A stretch of DNA of 64,000 nucleotides from Tubiluchus corallicola (Eukaryota > Animalia > Priapulida): the NCBI GenBank assembly GCA_030141605.1, contig JAQGDQ010000217.1, positions 1-64,000 on the forward strand, in the 5' to 3' direction. This document shows positions 1 through 12,668 of this stretch, piece after piece. Both the position numbers and the translations under genes were made by a program. Each line of letters begins with the position of its first letter. Position 1 is the first letter of the stretch. The notes beneath the pieces are model-generated. The model searched no databases and had not been told where the DNA came from. It saw only the letters and a program-made list of their open reading frames with translations.

Positions 1-489
1 AATCTTCCACCAATCCAGAAAGAAGCTTTTGTAGAATTCGGCATCCAACAAGCTGCGATACAACACTCACGGTTGGTCCTACTTACACTGTAGGATCATG
101 ACGGAAACGAACTGAACTGAAGCACTGAACTGGTGGAGATATCTTAATCGCGTTCAAAAGTGAATACATTCTCCCTCTAGAAGTAAAGAGTCAGAATCAG
201 CATGGTGAACAAGCCACCCAGAAAGAGAACTTCATTCCAATCAGTTTATTGGCCATTGTTAACGTTGGTTGCCAGCTATGCACCTCGCTTCATTTCGTAC
301 ATGAAGTCAACGGCGAAACAACGAAGTCAATGAAAATCCATACTCTAAACCCATAGGCTCCTTAGCAGATACTGTGGTCCACAAACTGTGCTGCTTCCTT
401 GTCAATAAACAGCTAACAAATTAGTTTACGTAACCAAAAAACCCAACTAAGATCTGACGAATACCCAGAACCAATGACTAAGAATTTAA
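1..489. repeat. Left arm of long inverted repeat (runs off the window start)
   Basis: Position n pairs with 4940-n; no mismatches or indels in the segments I compared. Confidence 0.95.
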
Positions 490-762
490 CCAAAGTTTTA
501 AAGCATACTGATAATATGTGCTAACACTGTATTTCAAAGCCGACATTTAATCAAGATTTAAACCTCAGGTCCTCAGTCTGTGTCGGCAATTTCTACTAAA
601 ATCGTCTGCACACCAATGAAACAAAATGCTCTAACGCACCTATTGCAATGACAAAATTATCACTTCGAGGGAAAAGGTTCAACCATTTGAATGTCAAATA
701 AATGTAATGCATTTCATAGTCATAAAGAAAACAGTGCCATTTAAATCTCAAAACCTTTTATT

Positions 763-803
763 TTTCAGGAGCTTTCGTCCTTCGCGGACTTCGTCAGCTG
801 AAA
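763..803 (-). ncRNA. Minimal type I hammerhead ribozyme motif, copy 1 (intact stems)
   Basis: Minus strand UUUCAG-CUGACGA-A-GUCC-GCGAA-GGAC-GAAA-GC-UC-CUGAAA: 6-bp stem I, 4-bp stem II, palindromic AGCU at helix III. Confidence 0.8.
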
Positions 804-859
804 CTACATGTATAGCCGAGATATTGAAACTGCCATTTAAATCTCAAAAACTTTTATTT

Positions 860-900
860 TTCCAGGAGCTTTCGTCCTTCACGGAGTTCGTCAGCTGAAA
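860..900 (-). ncRNA. Minimal hammerhead ribozyme motif, copy 2
   Basis: UUUCAG-CUGACGA-A-CUCC-GUGAA-GGAC-GAAAGCUC-CUGGAA; one stem II mismatch, one G-U pair in stem I. Confidence 0.65.
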
Positions 901-974
901 CTACTTGAATGGCCTAGATCTTTCGAAAAATTGTCTTTCAATATCTCGGCTACTGCACTCTCGGCTACAGGTAA

Positions 975-1015
975 TTTCAGCTGACGAAGTCCGTGAAGGG
1001 CGAAAGCTCCAGGAA
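975..1015 (+). ncRNA. Minimal hammerhead ribozyme motif, copy 3
   Basis: UUUCAG-CUGACGA-A-GUCC-GUGAA-GGGC-GAAAGCUC-CAGGAA; G-U pair in stem II, one mismatch in stem I. Confidence 0.65.
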
Positions 1016-2214
1016 AATAAAGCGTTTTGAGATTTAAAGAGCACTATTTCTTTATGATTATGTCCACGGCAAGTCTAAGAAGAGCACTATTTTATTTCCA
1101 AGCAACGCATTTCATTAAAATGAAGTGTAATGTTAGGTATAATCAGGCATTGCGATTTCAATAAAAGCAAAATTATGACCTCAGATAAACTGTTGATGTC
1201 ATTTCAACTTTCAAGCCAAATTATGCTGATTTGAAACATAATATTACTGAGAAGAACTGAAACGTTTAAATAATTAAGCATTTATGGGTCACTGGTCAAA
1301 ATTGAAATGGTTCCTAGGTAATTCAATGCAGGCAATATTAAGTGCTAGACATTTTTGAACGTTCACTTAGTGACCAAATTATAGAATAACAGGTAAAATG
1401 CGATTTGGTGAAGCATTGTCATTTCGATGAAAGCAAAATATTGGTTTGAGACAAAATGTTGTCCTGTCAACAACAAACCGAAGTAAAGCATTTCATTGAA
1501 ATGAAATGCAAATCCTTGACAATCAAGCAGTGCGGTAAAGTGCCCATAACATCTGCTCGCAAAAGATCTGTGTTTAGTTAATAACGATTTTTAAAAAACT
1601 AGCCATATAAGTATTTAAAATTTATTAAAAATTTCACCTAAAAAAACTCGCTGTACAAGTATTCAGTATTTTTAACATTTCATCTAAACTAAAGTTACAA
1701 GTAATAAAGCATATACATAAAACTAAATTTACAAGGGTTACCTGGCACGCAGCATTTATGATGCCCCCATGCAACAGCAATAGAAAATGAAACATTTTAT
1801 AAACACAATTTAATATACACAAGCGGTTGTTCAAAATAGCACACAGACCTAACGTTATACACTATATCATGAATCTGCTGAATTGACAATAAACCTAAAA
1901 ATCGTGATATTCCTATCTTCGTTTTAAAGATACCTTATTGGTTGTATTTACAATTCAGCAGGTATATTATTCCAAATTTCTATCAGTCTTTTTTGCAAAA
2001 GAGAATTTACAAGCATTTGTTCTGAAATATTCAACAAATAGTTTAAAATTACTTATGGGAGCGAAACTGAAAAAGTCAGTAGAAACGAGTTACATAAAAG
2101 TTCAACAAATTCTTTAAGTTCTTTATAACCCATTTTAGCTTTTACTTGTTTAAATGCTGCGCACGTCTGCTAGCTCTCATCGCACCTACAAAATTTGACC
2201 ATTCTGGCTGTGAC

Positions 2215-3235
<1,021 letters not shown>

Positions 3236-4450
3236 TGCTTCAGTGTGCGATAATATGGTCATCAAAAACACAATCCACGTAAACGTGTTAATACAGCAAG
3301 GTAATACCAACAGAAATCTACTCTTGCAAAACTAGATGCGAAACCCTTCTAGAAGTATTTAAAAATGCGTGCTCCTTTTAGTGACGGCGTGAAAGTCGTT
3401 AAATAGCCGTTAGTATTAATGTTGATTGCTAAATGAACGACGGTAAATATCTTTGTCTTTTTTACGAAGAAGCAGTCCTAGGACAAGCAATCAACTAAAA
3501 CAGAAGCCTGTTAAAGCCAAGGTGTAAGGGTTGCAAGTAGACAGAACAGCTCGATTTCATGCGAGTCTAAATTCAAAGTAAATTTGCAAAATAGCGAAAT
3601 ACAAACTATTTTATAAAACTGAGCCAACAGCCAAATAATCAAACAATGAAAAACTTAATCAATGTTCAACGAGGAATGTTTCAGAATGACCGAACTTTGA
3701 GAAATGGGTAACTTTTGACTTTCACTTGAGAAAGTTCGAATTTGGTCAACACTGTCCCTACATACAAGTCACAAAGCTTTCAGCAATCAGTAACTGCATA
3801 CCTTAATAATTACGAAACTAATCTTTAAGGGCGTCTATACGGGCTGCTACCACATAACTTCTTATGTAGATTTTAGAATAGATTCTACATTGACGCGACA
3901 TCTAGCGCAGAATTTTATGGATGTGATCGATAAAGAAGCCTTTATCATTTTAATCATAAATGAGCAATACAAGTATGCACTGTGGCACCATCTTTCGCTG
4001 AAATTTTCGGTAAAGAAGAGGATTCCACAAGATTTAAAAATACCATTGTAGGAGAGAGATGAACAACTAAATACTAGAAAATCGTTATTCCCACTTTGGA
4101 GCCCAAAATATTGCACACCCCTTAGAGGCCTTGTGCTATACGAATTCTATAGTAGGGTAATTTGCTGACTTGCCGCAAAAATTACAAGAAAACGATTTAT
4201 GGTGTTTTCTTGAAGTATTTAGTCCAGCGCATAACATGAAAAGTAGGCCAAATTTGGAGCATCACAAATGGTCTACTATGACGTCAAAAAAGATGGCTGC
4301 CATTTGACCAAAGCATTTAGCCAGCTAGTATGGTAAAAAATTGCTCGTTTTGACTTCAAATACGAAAATGTTCAAGACGGCCGACAATATGGCCATATAA
4401 CAGCTATATCTTAGCTATTAGAGCAGACATGATTTCAATTATTTTGGTGT

Positions 4451-4939
4451 TTAAATTCTTAGTCATTGGTTCTGGGTATTCGTCAGATCTTAGTTGGGTT
4501 TTTTGGTTACGTAAACTAATTTGTTAGCTGTTTATTGACAAGGAAGCAGCACAGTTTGTGGACCACAGTATCTGCTAAGGAGCCTATGGGTTTAGAGTAT
4601 GGATTTTCATTGACTTCGTTGTTTCGCCGTTGACTTCATGTACGAAATGAAGCGAGGTGCATAGCTGGCAACCAACGTTAACAATGGCCAATAAACTGAT
4701 TGGAATGAAGTTCTCTTTCTGGGTGGCTTGTTCACCATGCTGATTCTGACTCTTTACTTCTAGAGGGAGAATGTATTCACTTTTGAACGCGATTAAGATA
4801 TCTCCACCAGTTCAGTGCTTCAGTTCAGTTCGTTTCCGTCATGATCCTACAGTGTAAGTAGGACCAACCGTGAGTGTTGTATCGCAGCTTGTTGGATGCC
4901 GAATTCTACAAAAGCTTCTTTCTGGATTGGTGGAAGATT
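4451..4939. repeat. Right arm of long inverted repeat (reverse complement of 1-489); possible foldback/TIR element extending to ~5334
   Basis: Direct reverse-complement match to 1-489. Downstream are TGCTCA/TGAGCA repeats and ...CCACAGTG at 5327-5334. Confidence 0.93.
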
Positions 4940-5585
4940 TACATAGATTAACCGAATTTTTAATGGACGTTATTTTACAATAAAAACTTTTCTATAAGCG
5001 AAAGCATACCTATTACAATTTATGGGTCCATTTACTTTACATATTTTGCAAAAATGATATCACTTTGCCCTTGTTTTTAAATTTTTATTACCAAGCTCTA
5101 TCCTGGTAAAATAGCTAAAGGGAGAACATTCTCATGCAAATGACTTTACACACGTTCTTATTGACGTATTGTTAGACTACAATTACACTAATAGGCTCAC
5201 CTGCGCTGCTCAATGGTAAGTAGCGCAATTTGCTGCAAATAAATTTATCGGTTTGCTCAAGGTTTGTTTCTTGAGTAAATTACTTGCTCATTTTGTGAGC
5301 AGCTGAGCAGTGCTGATTAAAGAGAACCACAGTGAAGTTCAGACGAGCTATTTTTTGAAATGACTTGAAAGGTCTGAAACTTTAAATTCAAAACTTCCAA
5401 GTATTTTTGACGGAAATTAAAACAATTGCGCATTTAACAGTAAAGAGAAAAAATTATAGCCAAAATATAACACATTAAGACGAAATGAATCAATTTTCTC
5501 TGTGATGCCACAAGACTGTGTAATGAAACAGTTCTAGTGAAAGTACGGTGAGGGAATATATTAGAAAAATATAATTCTCACTTAA

Positions 5586-6617
5586 ATGGCGCTACTTGAG
5601 CAATCGAACATGTCTGTCAGAAATGAGAATACTACCGGATTTACCGAGGCAACGGGTGGTGAATTTGGCATTGTTTTCATCGTCAACTTGGTCTTGACGT
5701 GGATAGTGCTGTTGACCAGTTTTGTGACCGTTTTGACAGTTGTCCGTTCACGAAGTCTTCATGAACTGGCTTACTATTTTTTATCTAGCCTTGCGTGCTC
5801 TGATGCAGTTATGGCCTTTGGTGTCCTTTTGCTACGTTTTTATCGGCTATTGTTGTTGCATAACCTCATCTTGTGCAACGGGATCATATTTTCTCTGGTA
5901 TACTCATCCAAGGTTAGTGTGCTGACTCTGTTAGCAATCAGCATAGACCGACTGTTAGCTATATTACATCCATTTAGGTCTACGTGGAAGATCACTCTGC
6001 CTCGAACTGCTTTTGTAATAGCTCTTCTGTGGATAGTGCCATTAGCTACTGATCTGACAGTGCTTCTATCCAACGGCCTCACTAACTTTGAGGAGCCATG
6101 TGTCATGGTAATGATACCTTGGGCATCTACTAGTTATGTACTACTCTCAGGAATGGCATTGAGTTGTGGATTTGGGATGATTTTCTGTTATGCGAGAATA
6201 GTTATCGTTGCCCGACATCACATTAAGGCCATTGGCGATCAAGAGGATGCCGTTATAGCCAGTGTTTCACCGCGTCAGTTCTTGCGTCATCTCAAACTTG
6301 CTAAAGCATTTGCATCTGTCGTTGGATTATATTTCCTGCTGTACATGCCAATGTTCATTGTTGTTATCATACATCATTTGTGCAGGGAACAATGCAGACT
6401 CGGACCAGACAGCATACTCTTTGACATATGCGGAGCAATCTCTTTTTGGAATTCGGTAATAAATTTCTTGGTGTATTCTATAAACGATGCACTTTTTCGG
6501 AAGGCAGCCAAAAAAGTATTTTGTTCCAGGCATCAACAAGTTGAAGGGGGTGGAATAGCTAATGGTCTACAACTAGTAACAGCATCCTTGCACCCAAGCG
6601 GCGCTTCAACTTATTAA
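5586..6617 (+). CDS. Intronless rhodopsin-like (class A) GPCR, orphan, paralog 1 (343 aa)
   Basis: Seven hydrophobic segments; N-terminal NxS/T sites; SLACSD (TM2), C3.25, ISIDRL (TM3), W4.50, ECL2 Cys, LYMP (TM6), NSVINFLVY (TM7), FRKA helix 8. Confidence 0.95.
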   Translation: MALLEQSNMSVRNENTTGFTEATGGEFGIVFIVNLVLTWIVLLTSFVTVLTVVRSRSLHELAYYFLSSLACSDAVMAFGVLLLRFYRLLLLHNLILCNGIIFSLVYSSKVSVLTLLAISIDRLLAILHPFRSTWKITLPRTAFVIALLWIVPLATDLTVLLSNGLTNFEEPCVMVMIPWASTSYVLLSGMALSCGFGMIFCYARIVIVARHHIKAIGDQEDAVIASVSPRQFLRHLKLAKAFASVVGLYFLLYMPMFIVVIIHHLCREQCRLGPDSILFDICGAISFWNSVINFLVYSINDALFRKAAKKVFCSRHQQVEGGGIANGLQLVTASLHPSGASTY

Positions 6618-8919
6618 ACATTTACATTGTTTATCTCTGTTTTCATTCTCTATTATTGTTTGCTGTGTAGTGCATACTTGTTATTTCAGCCATCAACAAT
6701 TTGGTTCCACGATTGACTGAAATCTGAGTTGTTTCAAACACAAAGTAGCGCACGTAAATTTATAGAAAAAGAAATGCAAGTGTTAGATGTGCATTTTTCT
6801 TTTTTTCATAAAGAAGCCATTTTAAATTATTGTTCCATCGGCGTAGACAAATGCCAGTCTGGACCAACTTCTTGCTGAAATCAACGGCAATATTTCAAAG
6901 CTTTCGATTTTAATTGAGGATATGGTATATGTACAATATTAATAGAAATGCATGTACTTCATGAACAATGCATAAATGTTTTCACGCTCTTTCAGATACA
7001 AAAGTATGGGAATAGTGCAGTTAAATGATTACAATAGACCTTTAAGTTTTATCAATTTAGTTGGAGTTAATTGAAAAATCAATGTTGTAGCAATCTAAAA
7101 TGTTATATGTACTCTTCGATGAGATAATCCTACGGTATTTGTTGAACAATGCTATTCATTCTAACTGTTTTTCTGGTATATTTATCAGGATTTGCTTTGC
7201 CTTTAAAAATTGAGACTGACTGATTCCATGGGCTTGCTTTGCATGAACGAATAGAACAGTCAAAATGACTGTAATGTACGATGGATGTAAACATGTCACT
7301 TTAATAAATATTTTCTCACTCACTCACTTTGGGTACTTTATACGGACCGGATCGATGAAAATTCAGAATTATGGCAGTAGAGGGTATTGAGCTATCCTAT
7401 CCTATTACTGTACACTAAGTTGCTGATCTTTTTGGATTTCGTCACAGTTCTAGCGTTTTGTAATCTCATCTAACACAGTCTTTTTTAATTAAAATAATCT
7501 ACCGCGGCCGCAGTCACACACGTTAAATTTAAAATCTGTTGTTACTGTTGCATTGTGAACCTCACCGTCTCATTTGTCTAGGAAGTAGGGCTGTGAACGC
7601 ACTTTTGTGATTTTTTGTTCAAACAGCAGAATTTTGGAGAGTTATGTTAGCTAGCACCATGTTATCATTGGATAATGACCAACCATAATTTTGTTTTGTT
7701 AATTTGGGCAAACTTTGAATAGAAAAATACGTATTCAAAAATTTCCTTTTTATTGATTGGCATTTGGGTATTATTTGCTTTTAACTGAAAACTGTGATTT
7801 TCAATTTTGTTTTTCACCCTAGCAGAACTTTGTTCTGTCTTAACCAAACGGTTTAGGCCTATGTTGTTACAGTATCTAAACACATCCACTATGAAGTAGC
7901 TTAAGTAAGATACCATATTCTTGGTAAGACAGTCTGTTCGAGGCATGTTTATACAGAGATGGTTTATTCAAACCGTATTTGTAAATTTGTAATGAGTAAA
8001 GATGCTAATTTGTTGGACACTTGTTCACAGAAAGCGTTATTTTCACACCTGCCGCTGTCATCTGTCCAAGTAAACCCTACTACTGTCTTGTTGTTGAATC
8101 CGTTCTTGCAGAGCGCTGAACAATAAAAAAACATTTTTCATTGCTGTTATGATTGTCAAATATTTAAGCTGCAAAACGGTTTGATTATAATAATTTGTTT
8201 TATACTATTCAAATTTTTTGCTTGATTTTATTTCAAATGCATTGCGATACAGTTTCGTTAATGTTTGTCTAATTTTAAGGACATGCAGGTTGGGTACCAG
8301 GTACAGTTAATGTTAAAACACACATTAATTAAAATGACATTAGAAAGTAAATGCAAACGTTGTTTAATAGGCATTTGTACGTGTTGCCATGCGTCACACC
8401 TCATACTTAAAACTAAAATGCATTTGCTTATAAATTTAAATTATTTAATTATTTTTTTTCATCTTTCTAAATTATATGTTCTAATAAATATTTGTGACAT
8501 TAATAATATACTTGTTGAGTCCACTTGTGTGTTTTTTGTTGTCGATGCTAAATCATGCCGCAGGGTTATCGATCATTGTCAATACTTGTGAATGAACGGC
8601 TTGCTTTATTTTTCGTAATTCATGTTGCACGACTTGGCTCATCTGCGCTGCTCAGTCACAATTTACAGTTGCCGCAGTTTTAACGAATATTAATCGAGCA
8701 GTGGCAAAAACTGCAGCAAGACTAAGACTAGGCATTCTTCCCGCAATCGGAGATGTAATTATTTTTATTTGAAAACTTGTAAGCAAGGTTGCCAAATAGC
8801 TGCAGTCTTTAATTTGATAACAAATATTTTTATGGTGAGATTTAAATGAGCATCGTGTTAAACGAAACGGTACGAAGCTCCAAATGCTTTTATTGACGTC
8901 AGCGTAACACTCACCCACT

Positions 8920-9897
8920 ATGGCATTATCAAACCTAGTAGTCAGTAACGGAAATACTACCAACTTTAACGATTCAACAGTCAGTTCAAATGTTTTTGCT
9001 GTGACCATCAACTTCGCGTTGACATGGGTAGTTTTGGTGACCAGTTTTGTCACCGTGCTCACAGTTATCCGTTCCCGAAGTCTACATGAACTTGCTTACT
9101 ATTTCCTGTCTAGCCTAGCATGCTCTTATGCAGTTATGGCAATGGGTATCGTTTTGTTACGTTTTTATCAGGTGCTATTGCTGAGTAACCAGATTTTGTG
9201 CAATGGGATCATATTTTCTCTGGTATACTCATCCAAGGTTAGTGTGCTCACGTTACTGGCAATCAGCGTTGACCGACTGTCATCTATCCTGCATCCTCTG
9301 CGACCTACATGGAAAATCAGTATCTCTCGCACTACTCTTGTAATAGGTCTTCTATGGTTAGTGCCACTTGCTGTTGATTTAGCAGTTCTTCTGTCCAACG
9401 GTATAACTGATTTTGGGGAAATGTGTGTCATGGCAATGGTACCTTGGGCATCCACCAGTTTCATATTACTATGTTGTTTGGCATTGTGTTGCGGATGTGG
9501 CATGATTTTCTGTTATGTGAGAATAACTGTAATTGCTTATTACCACATTAAGGCCATTGGCTGTCTAGAGAGTGCGGTGATGTCCAGTATTTCATCACGT
9601 CAGTTCTTGCGTCATCTCAGACTTGCGAAAGCATTCGCGGCTGTCGTTGGGCTTTATTTTTTGTTGTATTCACCCATGTTCATTGTTGTTATGGTGTATC
9701 ATCTGTGTTGGGAACATTGTAGCATTAGCCCGGACAGTGCGATTTTTAGCATTTGCGGAGCAATTTCATTTTGGAACTCAGTCATTAACTTCGTGGTGTA
9801 CTCATTAAAAGATGCTCACTTCCGCAAAGCAGCCAAGAAAGTATTCTTCTGCAGAAAACTTCAAGTTCAAGACGGTTGGACATCTGATGACCTGTAA
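8920..9897 (+). CDS. Intronless class A GPCR, paralog 2 (325 aa), with D2.50 to Y
   Basis: Collinear with paralog 1 across all 7 TMs; SLACSY, ISVDRL, LYSP, NSVINFVVY, FRKAAKKVF; AATAAA at 9991-9996. Confidence 0.93.
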   Translation: MALSNLVVSNGNTTNFNDSTVSSNVFAVTINFALTWVVLVTSFVTVLTVIRSRSLHELAYYFLSSLACSYAVMAMGIVLLRFYQVLLLSNQILCNGIIFSLVYSSKVSVLTLLAISVDRLSSILHPLRPTWKISISRTTLVIGLLWLVPLAVDLAVLLSNGITDFGEMCVMAMVPWASTSFILLCCLALCCGCGMIFCYVRITVIAYYHIKAIGCLESAVMSSISSRQFLRHLRLAKAFAAVVGLYFLLYSPMFIVVMVYHLCWEHCSISPDSAIFSICGAISFWNSVINFVVYSLKDAHFRKAAKKVFFCRKLQVQDGWTSDDL

Positions 9898-10019
9898 TTG
9901 TAGTTGACTTGTGCACAAAGAAATGTTTACTTTCTTATTACCTTGTAAGATTCTTGCGTAGGTGCTACATGGATATCGGTAAAGTTTTGAAATAAACAAT
10001 CTAACACAATTGCGTAATC

Positions 10020-10345
10020 AATTGTTGACTTATCAGTAGGATGGTAGCACGTATACCTATTAGTTTCTTGTATATGCCTACTCTATTATGTGTATTGATA
10101 ACATTGTCCTCATTTGTTCTACCCAACAGAATCTCTGACATCATCTGCACCAAGTCAATTCAAACACCACCTCAAACTTGCTAAGTTTTTGAGTCAATTG
10201 CCAAGTTTTGTAGCTATCGTGCTGGGAAAGTTTTTTACCTTTGCTAGGAAAAATGTGGTACCACATACAATAGCAGCATTTTTTTCTTCGCTCGCTGGGC
10301 GGTCTTGTTTTGAAATTTCAAGTTTAACTCTATGATGTACTCACT
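10020..10345 (+). pseudogene. Decayed fragment of a fourth GPCR paralog (about ECL2/ICL3 to TM7)
   Basis: TSSAPSQFKHHLKLAK matches paralog 3 TSAGTPSQFKRHVKLAR. Then, with frameshifts, EKCGTTYNSSIF (cf. ERCGIRKDSSIF), AVLF*N (cf. AILFWN) and MMYS (cf. IIYS). The 5' boundary is approximate. Confidence 0.75.
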
Positions 10346-11412
10346 ATCGATCAGCAGTTTAGATGGCATTCCTTACTTACTTATTCCTTTAATCCCCTAC
10401 TACTCACATCTCTTATGCAACCATCCAGTCCCTACCCATTCACTTCCTTATCCCTTACTCGTTATCATGTACTTTCTCTTTTTTGTGAGCTGGTTGGATA
10501 TGGTAGTTTTGGAGTTACCTGTTCATCTACTGATTCACATTTCAAAATGGGATCACAGAAAAAAATTGTTCAGAAAAGCTGAAAGTTGAGCTCACTAACT
10601 TTCGATTATTTTTAACTTTTTCGCGGACTAATGCAATATTTAACCTGTTAAATTTCGACACATTTCCTGCGCCGTTGTCATTTTATACAACCTTATTCTG
10701 TGGACGTTATTCTGAAATATTTAACTAATTTGTTTTTTTGTCACGTGTGTCGCCACACATTTTTGTTCGTTATTGAAGTCAACTCAGTTAACTAATTTCC
10801 GGTAGTTTTGCTTAGTTTTTTTGTTCAGCGGTTCAATGTAATATCTAATGCGTTAAGTTATAACACGTTTCGTGTACTGGATGGGTAACTTTTGCTGCTA
10901 ACAGTTTATTCATATTGATGTTATTGCTAATTTGGTTTTGTATAATATGTTAATGCACACTTTATTCCGTATTGGCATCATCTTATATACCTGTTGAATT
11001 GTTCTGTTTTATTCACAAACGTTCAACACTAACTTGACTTAGTGTTAACTACATTTTGAATGTCTGAATGAATAAATTAATAGAAAAAGAAATAAAATCA
11101 TTGTTATTGAAACTGAGGTGGATGTGAAAGCGGATGTACTGTATTTGTTTTTATTGGTATACATATTAAAATATTTTACACTTTACCTTAATAACTGTAT
11201 TACCTAAATAACTAAAAAGAATAAAGAATTAATAAGTAATAATTGATTTGTGAATTCTTCTGATGGCTGGAGTGTGGCCAAGCGTGACTGAAAGGATGCC
11301 AGGAGAGAGAGAAAAAGAAAGAGGGGGAGAGGGACCAGTTAAAATTTAAATTAATAAAAGCTGAACATTCTTCCATGAATCCATCAATCATATTTACATT
11401 TAGAGATCAAGA

Positions 11413-11560
<148 letters not shown>

Positions 11561-11953
11561 GTAATTAGTATATTGCAGTTAAGCAGGTTGATATTGTTCC
11601 TCCTCAAGAAAATGATGACTTGAAAGGATTAGAAGATAGGCTGCTCTCATTGTAAACAGGCGATCCAGATATGCAAGTCCTTGCTGAGGGAGGAATTTTC
11701 ACTTTCGAATTTTTTGCTAATCATTTGAGTGTCTTCTAAAACCATTGCCAACAACTTGGTTACTCATCCACATCTTTATGCCCTATTTATACATAAAGCG
11801 GTTTTTACATAATTTCCACGCCACTTTCAGAAATGGCGTCGTTCTTGGATAAAATGTTTGCACTGTATTTCTATAGACCAAATCGTGAAATTGCTAGAAG
11901 ACAGGCATACATCAAAGTATGAAGTAGTGCAAAGAAGACTATTGCACGATGAA

Positions 11954-12022
11954 GTGTGTGTGTGTGTGTGTGTGTGTGCGTGTGCGTGTGCGTGTGCGTG
12001 TGTGTGTGTGTGCGTGCGTGCG
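11954..12022. repeat. (GT)n/(GTGC)n microsatellite
   Basis: Directly visible. Confidence 0.95.
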
Positions 12023-12550
12023 TGAGACAAAGGGGAGGGGAGAGAGAGAAATTGTTTTGTAAAAGTTGCTTTTTGTACTGTTTTTGTACTCAGGCTTTTG
12101 TCATATAGTATTGGATTTTCTTCCACTTTCAATATGAGTTTTTGTGCAATGTGTGCTTCATAACTTCGTAAACACGTGTGCAGATATCTCTTTTTTTGCT
12201 AAAGCAGTGCCATTGCTTATTAACAAAGTTCACTTCTGATTTGATACTTACAGGATTGTTCTAAGAATGATGTATTTTTATAAAAGCGCACGGTTTTCCT
12301 GTAAGCAACCAATCAGAAGTGGGCTTTGCTTAATCAGCAAAGGCACTGCTTTAGGAGAAACAGTGATCTCTTCACATGTTTATGAAGTGCATATTGCACA
12401 ATTGCTGATATTAGAAGTGGAAGATAATCCAATTTTATATGTTAAAAGCCTAACTGAGTATAAAGATTGTATAAGAAACAACTTTTACAAAACAATTTTT
12501 CTGTTTATCTGTGGTGAGATTCTGTCTGTCTTCCATCTGTTTGGGTGTTC

Positions 12551-12668
<118 letters not shown>

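Larger units (their letters stand above)
715..1062. mobile_element. Penelope-like element terminal (pLTR) remnant: two direct copies and one inverted copy of a ~97 bp unit
   Basis: Units at ~735-830 and ~831-910 are direct, ~937-1062 is inverted; each carries a hammerhead core. Confidence 0.75.

Noticed and set aside
735-910. CRISPR-like or prokaryotic repeat array
   Set aside because: Eukaryotic context, no unique spacers and no cas genes; explained as hammerhead-containing pLTR repeats.
8894-8901. CRE palindrome TGACGTCA upstream of GPCR paralog 2
   Set aside because: A single 8-mer, not shared by the other paralogs and also present at unrelated sites (4279, 40850).
5840-9503. Paralogous antisense ORFs (5840-6106, 8652-9062, 9168-9503)
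   Set aside because: Shadows of the GPCR coding sequences; their similarity follows from the sense-strand homology.
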